From Escherichia phage vB_EcoS_HdK1, in sequence record MK373794.1: DNA of 64,000 nucleotides; one strand, 5' to 3'. Made by a program: the position numbers and the translations under genes. The notes under the pieces are model-generated. The model had not been told where the DNA came from. It ran no database searches and saw nothing but the letters and a program-made list of their open reading frames with translations. How positions within the stretch are numbered: the first letter of the stretch is position 1; every line of letters starts with the position of its first letter. Of the stretch, positions 8,207-17,463 are shown piece after piece.

Positions 8207-8758
8207 ATGGTAAAGCCTATTCTACCTTGGACACGTAGCATTGAATACGAAGCCGATCTCACTAAAGAAGAGATGGCTATACGTGACTCTGTCGTTGAAG
8301 AATATCTGTTCGATTATGATTGGGTTAATGCGTGTAAACGTGTAGGCATGAGCTCCGCAATGGCGTTTGATTATGCTAAACGTTTTCAGGATGATAGCTA
8401 TTGCCAAAGACGAATTAAAGAACTTCAACAGCAGAAAGCAAGAAGTGCTCAACGTGACAGCAAATATGAAATAGAACAAGAGCGCCAGCGCATCATTGAA
8501 GGTCTTAGATTTGAATCCACTTATCGTGGTCCTGGATCTTCTCAAGCTGCTCGTGTTGCTGCATATAAACAATTATGTAGCATCTTTGGATTTGAAGCTC
8601 CTAAGCAACAGAAGATGGATGTTGGTGTATCTACTGGTGTTATGCTGGTTCCTATGGTTGGTTCTATGGATGATTGGGAAAGAGTTGCTGGGGAGTCTCA
8701 GACTAAGCTGCAAGAGGATACTTTAAATGGACTCAATGATTCAGACACCGTCCACTAA
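8207..8758 (+). CDS. terminase small subunit (putative)
   Basis: Position immediately upstream of and overlapping terL; AGGAG RBS 7 nt before ATG at 8207 (ORF-track version begins at 8150). Confidence 0.5.
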   Translation: MVKPILPWTRSIEYEADLTKEEMAIRDSVVEEYLFDYDWVNACKRVGMSSAMAFDYAKRFQDDSYCQRRIKELQQQKARSAQRDSKYEIEQERQRIIEGLRFESTYRGPGSSQAARVAAYKQLCSIFGFEAPKQQKMDVGVSTGVMLVPMVGSMDDWERVAGESQTKLQEDTLNGLNDSDTVH

Positions 8759-10325
8759 GGTAGTATGGAAACCACATCCAGGATCTCAGGTACTGGCACT
8801 GAGTTGTCCAGCGGATGAGATTTTATATCATGGTACTCGTGGCCCTGGAAAGACCGATGCCCAGTTGATGCGTTTTCGTCGTTATGTTGGCATGGGGTAT
8901 GGTAAACACTGGCGCGGTATCATTTTTGACCGAGAATACAAAAACTTAGATGACTTAGTTGCAAAGTCACAGCGTTGGTTTCCTGAATTTAATGATGGTT
9001 GTAAATTCTTATCTTCCAAGTCAGATTATAAATGGGTATGGCCTAGCGGCGAAGAACTAATGTTCCGTGTTGCTAAAAAGCCTAAGGATTACTGGCTGTA
9101 CCACGGTCAGGAATTTCCATTTATTGGATGGAACGAATTAACTAAATATCCCGATAGTGGGCTTTATGAAGCAATGAAGTCTTGTAACCGTACATCCTTT
9201 GTTGCAGAAGAAAACCCGATAATTATTGACGGTGACGTGTATCAGAGAACTGGGCGTCTTGTGCTTGTTCAACCGGACCATGAATACGCAATGCAGTTCA
9301 TACTACCACCTTTGCCGTTGCAGATCTTTTCTACGACTAACCCATTTGGGGTTGGACATAACTGGGTCAAGAAATATTTTATTAACTCCTGTCCTCTTGG
9401 GTCCATGAAGAAGGAAGTAACAAACGTCTTCAACCCGCGTACACAGAAACGGGAAGACGTAGTTCGAACTCGCTGCCATATATTTGGTTCGTATCGAGAG
9501 AACCGCAACTTGACACCCGAGTATGTTGCGCAGCTTGTAAACATTGACGATCCTAACCTCCGTATGGCATGGCTCGGTGGTAGCTGGGATATTACGTCAG
9601 GTGGAATGTTCGACGACCTGTGGCGCCAGAATATACATGTGGTCAAACCATTTCCAATACCTCACTCCTGGAGAATTGATAGATCATTTGACTGGGGCTC
9701 AAGTAAACCGTTTTCTGTCGGTTGGTGGGCAAGAAGTGATGGTAGCGATATCGTGTATCCAAATGGGCGTCGTGTACGAACAGTACGAGGTGACTTATTT
9801 AGGATCATGGAGTGGTATGGTACTAACGGGAAACCGAACGAAGGTTTAAGATTATTGGATTCTGAAATTGCTCGTGGTATCATCGTCAGGGAAATTGAAG
9901 CTGGTTTATACGGTCGCGTAGTTCCAGGCCCTGCTGATAACAGCATTTGGGACGTTAAGGATGGTAACAGTACCGCAGCAACAATGTCTAAACCAATAAC
10001 CATCAATGGTCGGTCTTATCCAGGTGTACAGTGGATTCGAAGTGATAAATCTCCTGGATCTCGTAAAGCAGGTTGGAAACGAATGCGGGAATATTTAGCT
10101 GCTTCAATTCCGGATCCTAAGGTTGCCGCTTTACGTGAAAGACCTTCTATGTTTATTTTTGACAACTGTCATCACTTTATAGATCTTGTTCCAACTCTTG
10201 CCAGAGACGAAGATGATCTTGATGATGTCGATACTGATTCTGAAGACCACATTGCTGACGAAGCTCGTTATCGCGTAGCCAACGAAGCACGTGGCGGTAG
10301 TATCGGTAAGACTGTGGGGACATAA
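8727..10325 (+). CDS. terL: terminase large subunit
   Basis: 532 aa; Walker A-like GTRGPGKTD near the N-terminus; size and position typical of TerL ATPase/nuclease. Confidence 0.85.
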   Translation: MDSMIQTPSTKVVWKPHPGSQVLALSCPADEILYHGTRGPGKTDAQLMRFRRYVGMGYGKHWRGIIFDREYKNLDDLVAKSQRWFPEFNDGCKFLSSKSDYKWVWPSGEELMFRVAKKPKDYWLYHGQEFPFIGWNELTKYPDSGLYEAMKSCNRTSFVAEENPIIIDGDVYQRTGRLVLVQPDHEYAMQFILPPLPLQIFSTTNPFGVGHNWVKKYFINSCPLGSMKKEVTNVFNPRTQKREDVVRTRCHIFGSYRENRNLTPEYVAQLVNIDDPNLRMAWLGGSWDITSGGMFDDLWRQNIHVVKPFPIPHSWRIDRSFDWGSSKPFSVGWWARSDGSDIVYPNGRRVRTVRGDLFRIMEWYGTNGKPNEGLRLLDSEIARGIIVREIEAGLYGRVVPGPADNSIWDVKDGNSTAATMSKPITINGRSYPGVQWIRSDKSPGSRKAGWKRMREYLAASIPDPKVAALRERPSMFIFDNCHHFIDLVPTLARDEDDLDDVDTDSEDHIADEARYRVANEARGGSIGKTVGT

Positions 10326-10337
10326 GGAGTTCAACAG

Positions 10338-11864
10338 ATGGCCATTTCTTCGGTTCATCCTAAATATTTACAGTTTAGTGCATTATGGTTGAAGATGCGG
10401 GACTGTTTCCTTGGAGCTGACCACGTTAAGGCTCAAGGTACTTTGTATCTTCCACCGACACCTGCTATGCGTTATGACGGTATGAAACCAGGCGAAGATG
10501 GCTATATCCGTTACAACGATTATAAAGACCGTGCAGTGTTCCCGGAGTATGTCGCTGATGCAGTAGTTAATCACAGTGGTATGCTTCATAGTAAGTCAGC
10601 TATTATTCAGTTGCCTGCTGCAATGGAACCCCTTCGTCAATCTGCTACCAGCAAGCGCGAAGGTTTAGATCAGCTATTACGCCGCATAAACGAGCTACAG
10701 CTACGCGATGGTCGTCTTGGCCTTCTGTTGGAGCTGCCAGCGGGAAGTACCCGTGACACGCTCCCGTACATTGCGGTATACGAGGCGTTAAGTATACGAA
10801 ACTGGGACGACGGTGAGGATGATCTTGGTTCACTTAACCTTAACCTAGTTGTTCTGGATGAGTCCAAAGAAGTAATGGACAAGACTTCATTTGATTGGAC
10901 TTATAAAGTTCAATACCGAGTTCTTGTTCTTGGAAGCGCCAATGTAGATGAACCATCAGATAGCGGTTACGTGTATGGGCAGTACATGACAGAACTGCTT
11001 CCTGGTGAAGATGACGAACCAGAAGAGGTGAGCTCTGACGTTGTAGTTCCTCAATATAAAGGTACTCCGCTTGAGCAGATACCTTTCGTATTTTGTAACG
11101 CTATGGACTTAGTCCCAGAACCAGATAAACCACCGCTACTCGCATTAGCAAACAGATGTATTTCCATTTATCAGGGTGAAGCTGATTATCGACAGGCTTT
11201 GTTTATGCAGAGCCAGGATACGCTGGTTGTTCGTGGTGGTATTACGAACAGTGACGCAGTTGATGATAAAGCTCCTGTTCGTGTCGGTGCTGGTGCTCGT
11301 ATTGATGTATCTCCGGACGGTGATGCCAAATACATTGGTACTAACTCGCAAGGTCTACCGGAGCAACGTAAAGCACTTGAAGCTGACCATAAAGACGCTC
11401 AGACCCGTTCCGGGCATTTAACCAGTGCAGAAAGTGCTTCTCAAGAGTCCGGCGACGCACTGGAAACACGTCTTATCACTAAGACTGCTTCATTAGTTGG
11501 TATTGCTAAGACTGGTGCTGCTGCGTTAGAAAAAATCCTTCGTATTTGCGCTATATGGATGGGATTAAATCCAGACGAAGTTAAAGTTACACCTAACCTT
11601 GACTTCAGCAAAGCTAATATTGAAGGCCAGGAATTGGTGCAGGTGCAGACTGCCAAGAATCTTGGTGCTCCGTTATGTGCTGAGTCTATGCACAACTGGT
11701 TGCAGGATAAGGGGATGACCTCTTTGACGTTTGAAGAGGAGATGAAACGGCTTGAGGAAGAGCGCAAAGAATACCCGTTCCTTTTACCTCAAGTTAAAAA
11801 CGATCAGAACCAGATCCAGCAAACAACTGGAGAACAGACGGGGAATGAAAACGCCGCTAAGTAA
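10338..11864 (+). CDS. portal protein
   Basis: 508 aa immediately after terL with AAGGAG RBS; acidic C-terminal region; position and size typical. Confidence 0.75.
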   Translation: MAISSVHPKYLQFSALWLKMRDCFLGADHVKAQGTLYLPPTPAMRYDGMKPGEDGYIRYNDYKDRAVFPEYVADAVVNHSGMLHSKSAIIQLPAAMEPLRQSATSKREGLDQLLRRINELQLRDGRLGLLLELPAGSTRDTLPYIAVYEALSIRNWDDGEDDLGSLNLNLVVLDESKEVMDKTSFDWTYKVQYRVLVLGSANVDEPSDSGYVYGQYMTELLPGEDDEPEEVSSDVVVPQYKGTPLEQIPFVFCNAMDLVPEPDKPPLLALANRCISIYQGEADYRQALFMQSQDTLVVRGGITNSDAVDDKAPVRVGAGARIDVSPDGDAKYIGTNSQGLPEQRKALEADHKDAQTRSGHLTSAESASQESGDALETRLITKTASLVGIAKTGAAALEKILRICAIWMGLNPDEVKVTPNLDFSKANIEGQELVQVQTAKNLGAPLCAESMHNWLQDKGMTSLTFEEEMKRLEEERKEYPFLLPQVKNDQNQIQQTTGEQTGNENAAK

Positions 11865-11968
11865 AGGCGTGCAACGTAAAGCAAAAGCCAAGAGTAAAAA
11901 ATAGTTGCTTCATTCTTAATGATGTATTAGTCTTTATAGCGCGGTAGAACGGTCTATCGCGCTTTTTA

Positions 11969-12874
11969 GTGGAACGGTCCACAATGGAGAATTTTATGAA
12001 CAAATATCACATTCATCTAGCGGTAGCTTATTCCGCTGGCTTCTTCCAGTCCATGCCTCGTTTTGGTGCATTGGAACTTGAATATACTTCTGAGGATGAA
12101 ATCCCGGAAAACGCTCGTGAGTATTATTCCCAAGAAGGTGATAAGTGGATCCTCACTGGTGTAAAGGGTGGCGGCAAACAGAATATTGACAGGTTGCAAT
12201 CCGCACTTGAAAAAGAACGCAACGATCATAAAGCGGTTAAGAGTAAGCTAAGTAAGCTGAACGGACGTGATATTGACGAACTCTTGCAGCGCGACGCTGA
12301 ATATGAAGAGCTTAAACTGCGTGCGGATAAAGTTGATGATGAAAAGTTGGAGCAGATCATTAACGTGCGAATCCGTAACAAGTTGACTCCGCTTGAGCGT
12401 GAACGTGACGAGCTGAAAAACAAACTTTCCACCTATGAGAAGCAAGTGGAAGAGCTGACCACAAAAGAGAAGAACCGCATCGTTAAGACCGCTCTGAGCA
12501 AGGCTGCAATGTCTGCTAAAGTGATCACGGAAGCTATCGACGATGTGGAACTGATTGGTTCTCGTTTGTTTGAGCTCACCGAAGACGGTCAGGTTGTAAC
12601 ACGCGACGGTGTGGGTGTAACTCCGGGCATCACTCCAGAAATGTGGTTACAGGACATTCAGGATAAGAAACCTCACTGGTTCCCTGGAAACGTTGGCGGT
12701 GGTGCTGGTGGCTCCCGTACTCCTGGCGCGGCTGGTAAGAACCCGTGGAGTGCTGACGGTTGGAACCTTACTGAACAGGGTAAAATTCTTCGTGAAAATC
12801 CTGAAAAAGCAGGCCGTCTGGCAGCCATGGTTGGCGTGGACTTGAAGCGTCCAGTACGTCCAGTTAAAAAATAA
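11969..12874 (+). CDS. scaffolding protein (putative)
   Basis: Charged, coiled-coil-rich protein between portal and major capsid; likely true start is ATG at 11996 (GGAGA RBS). Confidence 0.5.
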   Translation: MERSTMENFMNKYHIHLAVAYSAGFFQSMPRFGALELEYTSEDEIPENAREYYSQEGDKWILTGVKGGGKQNIDRLQSALEKERNDHKAVKSKLSKLNGRDIDELLQRDAEYEELKLRADKVDDEKLEQIINVRIRNKLTPLERERDELKNKLSTYEKQVEELTTKEKNRIVKTALSKAAMSAKVITEAIDDVELIGSRLFELTEDGQVVTRDGVGVTPGITPEMWLQDIQDKKPHWFPGNVGGGAGGSRTPGAAGKNPWSADGWNLTEQGKILRENPEKAGRLAAMVGVDLKRPVRPVKK

Positions 12875-12883
12875 TAAAATTTG

Positions 12884-12912
12884 TTGACACTCCCTCCGGT
12901 TGGTGCTAGTTT
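12884..12912 (+). promoter_or_regulatory. promoter-like element and structured 5' leader before the major capsid gene
   Basis: TTGACA at 12884..12889; weak -10 (TAGTTT); 9-bp inverted repeat ctccggttg / caaccggag in the leader. Confidence 0.25.
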
Positions 12913-13012
12913 TACATCAACCGGAGCACGGGCTCCGATCAATCAAGGATTATTGGAGCCTCCCACGGCGGTAGAGTTCCAAAGTAAATCGATTAACTTT
13001 GCGGAGACTACC

Positions 13013-13573
13013 ATGTCTAAAATTCTGTCAGCTCCGATGCTTAATTTGCGAGCTACCAATTCAATTCTTCTGTCTGCTGTTCGTCGTGGTGCAATCACTG
13101 AACTTGCAGATGTTATCGTTCCAGAGATCTTCGTACCGTATGTGCAGAACCGCACAACTGAAAAGTCCCGACTGATCCAGTCTGGTGCTATTGAGATTTC
13201 TGAGCGTCTTAACGCTGCATTGATGGGTGAAGGTACTACCTTTAACCAGCGTTTCTTCAAAGATCTGGATCGTGACGAAGAAAACGTTTCAAGCGCAAGC
13301 GATTCAACCGATTCTACTCCTGGTGGTATCAAATCTGGGCGTGAAATTCAGATCCGTCTGTCCCGTAACCATTCCTGGGGTTCTGCGGACCTGCTGGACA
13401 GCCTGATCTCCCCGGACCCGCTGGATGCTATCATTAACTTAGTGGCAAGCTACCGTCAGAGCCGTCTGCAACGTGCATTCGTTGCAACTGTCAGTGGTGT
13501 GTTTGCTATGAACGCCGCTGCTCTCCGGTTGGTTCCGGTGATAAGAAGTCTACCCATGTTCAGAACGATATGA
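13013..13573 (+). CDS. major capsid protein, N-terminal fragment (gene interrupted by frameshift)
   Basis: ATG at 13013 with GGAG RBS; ORF terminates at 13573 while the capsid-like sequence continues in the -1 frame. Confidence 0.7.
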   Translation: MSKILSAPMLNLRATNSILLSAVRRGAITELADVIVPEIFVPYVQNRTTEKSRLIQSGAIEISERLNAALMGEGTTFNQRFFKDLDRDEENVSSASDSTDSTPGGIKSGREIQIRLSRNHSWGSADLLDSLISPDPLDAIINLVASYRQSRLQRAFVATVSGVFAMNAAALRLVPVIRSLPMFRTI

Positions 13574-14130
13574 CCCATGATATCTCTGGTTCATCCTTCA
13601 CTGATGGTGTGACTAACTTCAACCCGGCCGGTGTTATCCTGGCGGCTGGTACTATGGGTGACTCCCTGAACGACCTGTCCATGATGATGGTTCACAGTGT
13701 GGTTTACCAGCGTATGCAGCTGATGAACCTGATCGACTTCATCCCGGATGCCCGTGCTGAAGTAATGATCCCAACTTACATGGGCCGTGAAGTTATCGTT
13801 GATGATATGATGCCTCACGATAGCGGTAAGTACGAAACCTGGCTGGTCGGTCGTCGTGGTGCATTCCAGTTAGGTGTTGGTTCACCGAAAGTTCCTGTTG
13901 AAACTGAACGTAAACCTGCGTCCTACAAAGGTGGCGGTTCTGAAATCCTGTTCCACCGCTGGGAAAACATCATTCACCCTGTCGGTCACGCATGGGTTGG
14001 TACTGCTGCTGAAGGTGGCCCGGATAACGCCGCTCTGAAGACTGCTGCCAACTGGGCTCGTGTATTCCCTGAGCGTAAACAGATTAAGATTGCTCGCCCT
14101 GATCACTCGCGAACACGCTTAATGCTTTAG
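13570..14130 (+). CDS. major capsid protein, C-terminal fragment
   Basis: Open frame continues upstream of 13570 into the previous ORF (GSGDKKSTHVQND...); combined length about 370 aa fits an HK97-fold capsid protein. Confidence 0.7.
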   Translation: MTHDISGSSFTDGVTNFNPAGVILAAGTMGDSLNDLSMMMVHSVVYQRMQLMNLIDFIPDARAEVMIPTYMGREVIVDDMMPHDSGKYETWLVGRRGAFQLGVGSPKVPVETERKPASYKGGGSEILFHRWENIIHPVGHAWVGTAAEGGPDNAALKTAANWARVFPERKQIKIARPDHSRTRLML

Positions 14131-14140
14131 CCATGTAATT

Positions 14141-14166
14141 AAAGGGGCCTATATGGTCCCTTTTTT
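14141..14166 (+). terminator. terminator-like hairpin after the capsid gene
   Basis: aagggGcc tatat ggtCcctt stem (one mismatch) followed by TTTTTT. Confidence 0.45.
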
Positions 14167-14179
14167 GTTAGGAGGAAAC

Positions 14180-14614
14180 ATGCGTTATCAACGTCATTCA
14201 AGACATCGTCGTTATGTACGTCATGAACGTCACGGTTCAGATGCAACACCTAAAGCGAAGATTAAGACTGTAGGTAAAGTTCAGTATTCAGCTGATGGTG
14301 AAAGTGGTTGGCAAGATACAATCCCTGAAGGTCTTATGAAAGTAAGTACACCACTGACTTTCTACATTCGTGCTAAAGAAGTAGATCCAGAGGATGATGG
14401 TTCTTATATCTACAAGTTTGAAATTGCTGCTGGAACTGGTGATGCGTTGTCCCTTCAAAATACGGACGTCAACAAAGCAAAAATCTCTGGTACGGCTCCA
14501 GAAGGTATGCTGAGTAAAACGTTCAGTGTGAACTGTACTGTTGAAGACAGTTATGGGACAGAAGTTACGGGAACTGCATTAACGCAAGCCTGGTCTGCAG
14601 CTTCCGAAGTATAA
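14180..14614 (+). CDS. hypothetical structural protein (Arg/His-rich N-terminus)
   Basis: GGAGGA RBS before ATG at 14180; N-terminus RYQRHSRHRRYVRHERH; located in the head module. Confidence 0.5.
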   Translation: MRYQRHSRHRRYVRHERHGSDATPKAKIKTVGKVQYSADGESGWQDTIPEGLMKVSTPLTFYIRAKEVDPEDDGSYIYKFEIAAGTGDALSLQNTDVNKAKISGTAPEGMLSKTFSVNCTVEDSYGTEVTGTALTQAWSAASEV

Positions 14615-14683
14615 ACGTTAAATTGCTAGATGTTTTAAAGGGTGTTACACTTCGCTTGTAACACCTTTTATTTTGAGGAATGA

Positions 14684-14863
14684 ATGATGAAAGACAAGAT
14701 CATTGAAGGGCTTCGTAAACTCAACGTTGAGAATGACAATCATTGGACTGCCGATGGCCTGCCTAAAATTGAAGCATTGAAGTTTACAGTTGGCCCGTCC
14801 GTCACGCGAGAAGATGTCAATTCTGTTGCGCCTGGGTTCACTCGTTTCAAATCCTGTAATTGA
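14684..14863 (+). CDS. hypothetical structural protein, fragment 1 of 3 (frameshifted gene 14684..15357)
   Basis: ATG at 14684; reading continues in the +1 frame after a stop at 14861..14863. Confidence 0.45.
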   Translation: MMKDKIIEGLRKLNVENDNHWTADGLPKIEALKFTVGPSVTREDVNSVAPGFTRFKSCN

Positions 14864-15191
14864 GGACGTCGAACATGAAGAAAAGCATGACACTTCCTCA
14901 TTGCAGGAAACCGAACAGACGGAAGTTGTTGCAGATACCGACAATGCACAATATGAGTCCTTATCTAAGGCTGAAGCAGATAAGGAAACTGTTAACGGTA
15001 AATCGATTGTCACTACGCGAGTAGCTTTAGAAGTCAACGTGAGCGATGCAGTTAAAGCAATGCTCAAAGATATTCCAGATATTGACTTTGACACTGTTTC
15101 TGTGGAAGAGCTTAAAGAATATGAAAAAGTTCTTTTCGGAACAAGTCAACGCAGACAACCAGATGTTATCTGCAATGCACGAACTTGTTGA
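14790..15191 (+). CDS. hypothetical structural protein, fragment 2 of 3
   Basis: Acidic protein-like segment; frame breaks near 15120..15140 in an A/T homopolymer region (aaaaagttcttttc). Confidence 0.45.
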   Translation: MARPSREKMSILLRLGSLVSNPVIEDVEHEEKHDTSSLQETEQTEVVADTDNAQYESLSKAEADKETVNGKSIVTTRVALEVNVSDAVKAMLKDIPDIDFDTVSVEELKEYEKVLFGTSQRRQPDVICNARTC

Positions 15192-15357
15192 ATCTCGTGC
15201 TAAACTGTACGCAAAAGTCAACACTGAAATTGAACGTCGTAAGCCTAAGACCGAGCTGGCTCACACGTTAGCATCTTTCCGCGATCAGATGGCACAAATC
15301 CCACATGTAGTCAATCAGCCTCGTATGGTTGTTCGTAACGGTATTCGCACTCGTTAA
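15046..15357 (+). CDS. hypothetical structural protein, fragment 3 of 3
   Basis: Continues the protein-like sequence of fragment 2 in the +1 frame. Confidence 0.45.
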   Translation: MQLKQCSKIFQILTLTLFLWKSLKNMKKFFSEQVNADNQMLSAMHELVESRAKLYAKVNTEIERRKPKTELAHTLASFRDQMAQIPHVVNQPRMVVRNGIRTR

Positions 15358-15365
15358 GGTGACAT

Positions 15366-15695
15366 ATGGCATTTCGAACAGACAAAAAGTTCTTGTTTCA
15401 TATGATGCAACGTAACAGACGTCGTCGAGATGCCACGTTGAACCCTGTAAGCGGTGTCCTGGGGTGGGTAACGCCGCCCCCGTCGACAGGTGTGGTAGAT
15501 ACCGATTACGTTACAACGTGGCAGAATGGACAAACACCTTACGTTGTACAGGTCTTTAAAGATAAAGAATTGGTCTCACAGAATCAGTCTGATCTGCAGA
15601 CCTTCACAATTAACGAATCGTCTGCTGCAAGGTATGACATTAAAATTATAAGTGCAGACGGTCAGATTCTTAATGGTACAATAGATATTGCCTGA
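15366..15695 (+). CDS. hypothetical protein (109 aa)
   Basis: AAGGTGA RBS before ATG. Confidence 0.5.
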   Translation: MAFRTDKKFLFHMMQRNRRRRDATLNPVSGVLGWVTPPPSTGVVDTDYVTTWQNGQTPYVVQVFKDKELVSQNQSDLQTFTINESSAARYDIKIISADGQILNGTIDIA

Positions 15696-15702
15696 GGTGC
15701 AT

Positions 15703-15828
15703 ATGACTGTAACTATCATTGTTGAAGATGGGTCTTGTGTACCTAACGCAAATAGCTATATTGATGTCGAATATGCTACGCAATATTTAGAAGACCGTGG
15801 ATTTACTGTTCCGGGCGGAAGATAAGTT
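15703..15828 (+). CDS. head-tail adaptor-like protein, N-terminal fragment (frameshifted)
   Basis: GAGGTG RBS before ATG at 15703; 41 codons then stop, with continuation in the next frame. Confidence 0.4.
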
Positions 15829-16207
15829 GAAACCTATGCTTATCAACGCAATGGATTTTATGGAAAGTCTTAATCGCTATAAGGGTAAGCGCACCAACCA
15901 GGATCAGGAACTACAGTTCCCGCGCAGCGGCTTATACAGCGACGGTGTAGAGATTCCAGGTAATACCATACCCGTAGCAATTAAGCGAGCACAGGCCCAA
16001 CTGGTCGCGGATACGGTGCAGAGCGGTAAGCCATTATTAAGTAACAGTACCAATTATGCACTGAAAAAACGTATTCTTGGACCGCTGACGCTTGAATATG
16101 CAGTTGGTCAGAGTGCTGTATTAGAAAGTGCGACACCACACCCGCGTTTCTGGGCTTTGATTAATGACTACCTGCGAAGCTCTAGCTCACAAGGAGTAAT
16201 GCGATGA
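15797..16207 (+). CDS. head-tail adaptor-like protein, C-terminal fragment
   Basis: Continuation of 15703..15828 in the +1 frame; position between head and tail genes. Confidence 0.45.
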   Translation: MDLLFRAEDKLKPMLINAMDFMESLNRYKGKRTNQDQELQFPRSGLYSDGVEIPGNTIPVAIKRAQAQLVADTVQSGKPLLSNSTNYALKKRILGPLTLEYAVGQSAVLESATPHPRFWALINDYLRSSSSQGVMR

Positions 16208-16578
16208 CAATTGCTTCAGAATTTATTGCAATGGCACATGAGATGTTGAACGACCAAGAAATTGGTTTTGATGGAACACTCATTGTTAAAGTAAAAGAAG
16301 ATGGAAGTGAATCAAAGCCTTGGGCTCCCACTTTTAAAGAACAAGAAATACCACTGCGTTTGTTCTATGACGAGCAGTCAAAGACTAGCGTAAACGGTAG
16401 TATAGTTCTTCAAGGTGAAAAGGTCTTTATCACTTACGAACCGGACGGTATTAGTCTGGAAGATTGCATTGGTTTTAAATTTATTGACCACAAAGGGCGC
16501 TCGTTCGTTGTTAATGCAGTTGAGCCTATCGGTGCGGGTGGAACTACAATCATTAGTTACGTTAAAGTTGGTTCCTAA
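16204..16578 (+). CDS. head-tail connector / head closure protein (putative)
   Basis: AGGAG RBS; start overlaps previous stop; position in the neck module. Confidence 0.45.
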   Translation: MTIASEFIAMAHEMLNDQEIGFDGTLIVKVKEDGSESKPWAPTFKEQEIPLRLFYDEQSKTSVNGSIVLQGEKVFITYEPDGISLEDCIGFKFIDHKGRSFVVNAVEPIGAGGTTIISYVKVGS

Positions 16579-16997
16579 TGGCTAAGAAGAGCTTCCGTGA
16601 TCAGTTTACCAGTGCTCGATTAAGAGCTATGCAAAAAGCCGCAGGTGAGGTAAAACAAAGACTTTATGGCTTCGTTAGTGCTGTTGTTGATGACACTCCT
16701 GTTAAGGACGGTGAATTACGCGGAAGTTGGCAGATACAGAAATCACCCGACCTTATTGAGGACAATCTGCCGGAAGACCCGTCCGGAGCTGCTACGAAAC
16801 AAAGATTGTTTACTATAATAAGATATCTCCCAATCCATCAAGATTGGGATATTTATTTTGGTAACGGTAAGCCTTATGCTCAGAAGATCGAATATGAAGG
16901 TTACAGTAAGCAGGCGCCTAACGGGATGTTGCGTAAGAACATCGCAAGAGGTGGACAAGCATTCAGTGGATTTAAACTTGGGAGCTTTGATAAATGA
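16578..16997 (+). CDS. neck / tail completion protein (putative)
   Basis: Translationally coupled to flanking genes; position only. Confidence 0.45.
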   Translation: MAKKSFRDQFTSARLRAMQKAAGEVKQRLYGFVSAVVDDTPVKDGELRGSWQIQKSPDLIEDNLPEDPSGAATKQRLFTIIRYLPIHQDWDIYFGNGKPYAQKIEYEGYSKQAPNGMLRKNIARGGQAFSGFKLGSFDK

Positions 16998-17461
16998 TCC
17001 CGTATCCGTTTCATTGGGTAGAAGATACCCTGAAATCACACTTAGTGAATAACTATGCTGAAATGTCACACGCTATGGCGTGGAAGAACTTGACATTTGA
17101 TGCCAGCGGCTTTAAAGTGTGGTTAAAGATTATCAATACCCCATCCAGTGAAGATCCTGTAACGTTAGGCCCTTATGGCGATAATGAAATGCGTGGGTTT
17201 TTACAGATTGGTATATATTCACAGTTGAATATCGGTATTGAAGAATCTAACGCTGTTCTTGGGCATGTGAGTAAAATCTTTAGTGTGCCAAGACAGCTCC
17301 AGGCACCGGACGGCTGCATGTTAAGACTGACAAGAAAGACGTTTTCCCAGGGCGGGCAGACGTCAATTGCAGACTTCACTCGCGGTGGTGTTGAAGGTGT
17401 TTGGGATGCTCAATATGTAACAATCTACTGGCTCGCACGTGAGCCTAAACAGAGGATATAA
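16994..17461 (+). CDS. tail terminator-like protein (putative)
   Basis: Immediately upstream of the major tail gene; ATGA overlap with previous gene. Confidence 0.4.
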   Translation: MIPYPFHWVEDTLKSHLVNNYAEMSHAMAWKNLTFDASGFKVWLKIINTPSSEDPVTLGPYGDNEMRGFLQIGIYSQLNIGIEESNAVLGHVSKIFSVPRQLQAPDGCMLRLTRKTFSQGGQTSIADFTRGGVEGVWDAQYVTIYWLAREPKQRI

Positions 17462-17463
17462 CG

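Noticed and set aside
12881-13012. Upstream start (12881) for the major capsid ORF
   Set aside because: Region contains a promoter-like TTGACA and inverted repeats; an ATG with GGAG RBS at 13013 is the more plausible start.
14645-15094. 149-aa minus-strand ORF, Ser/Thr-rich
   Set aside because: Antisense to a protein-like plus-strand structural gene; low-complexity composition and no RBS.
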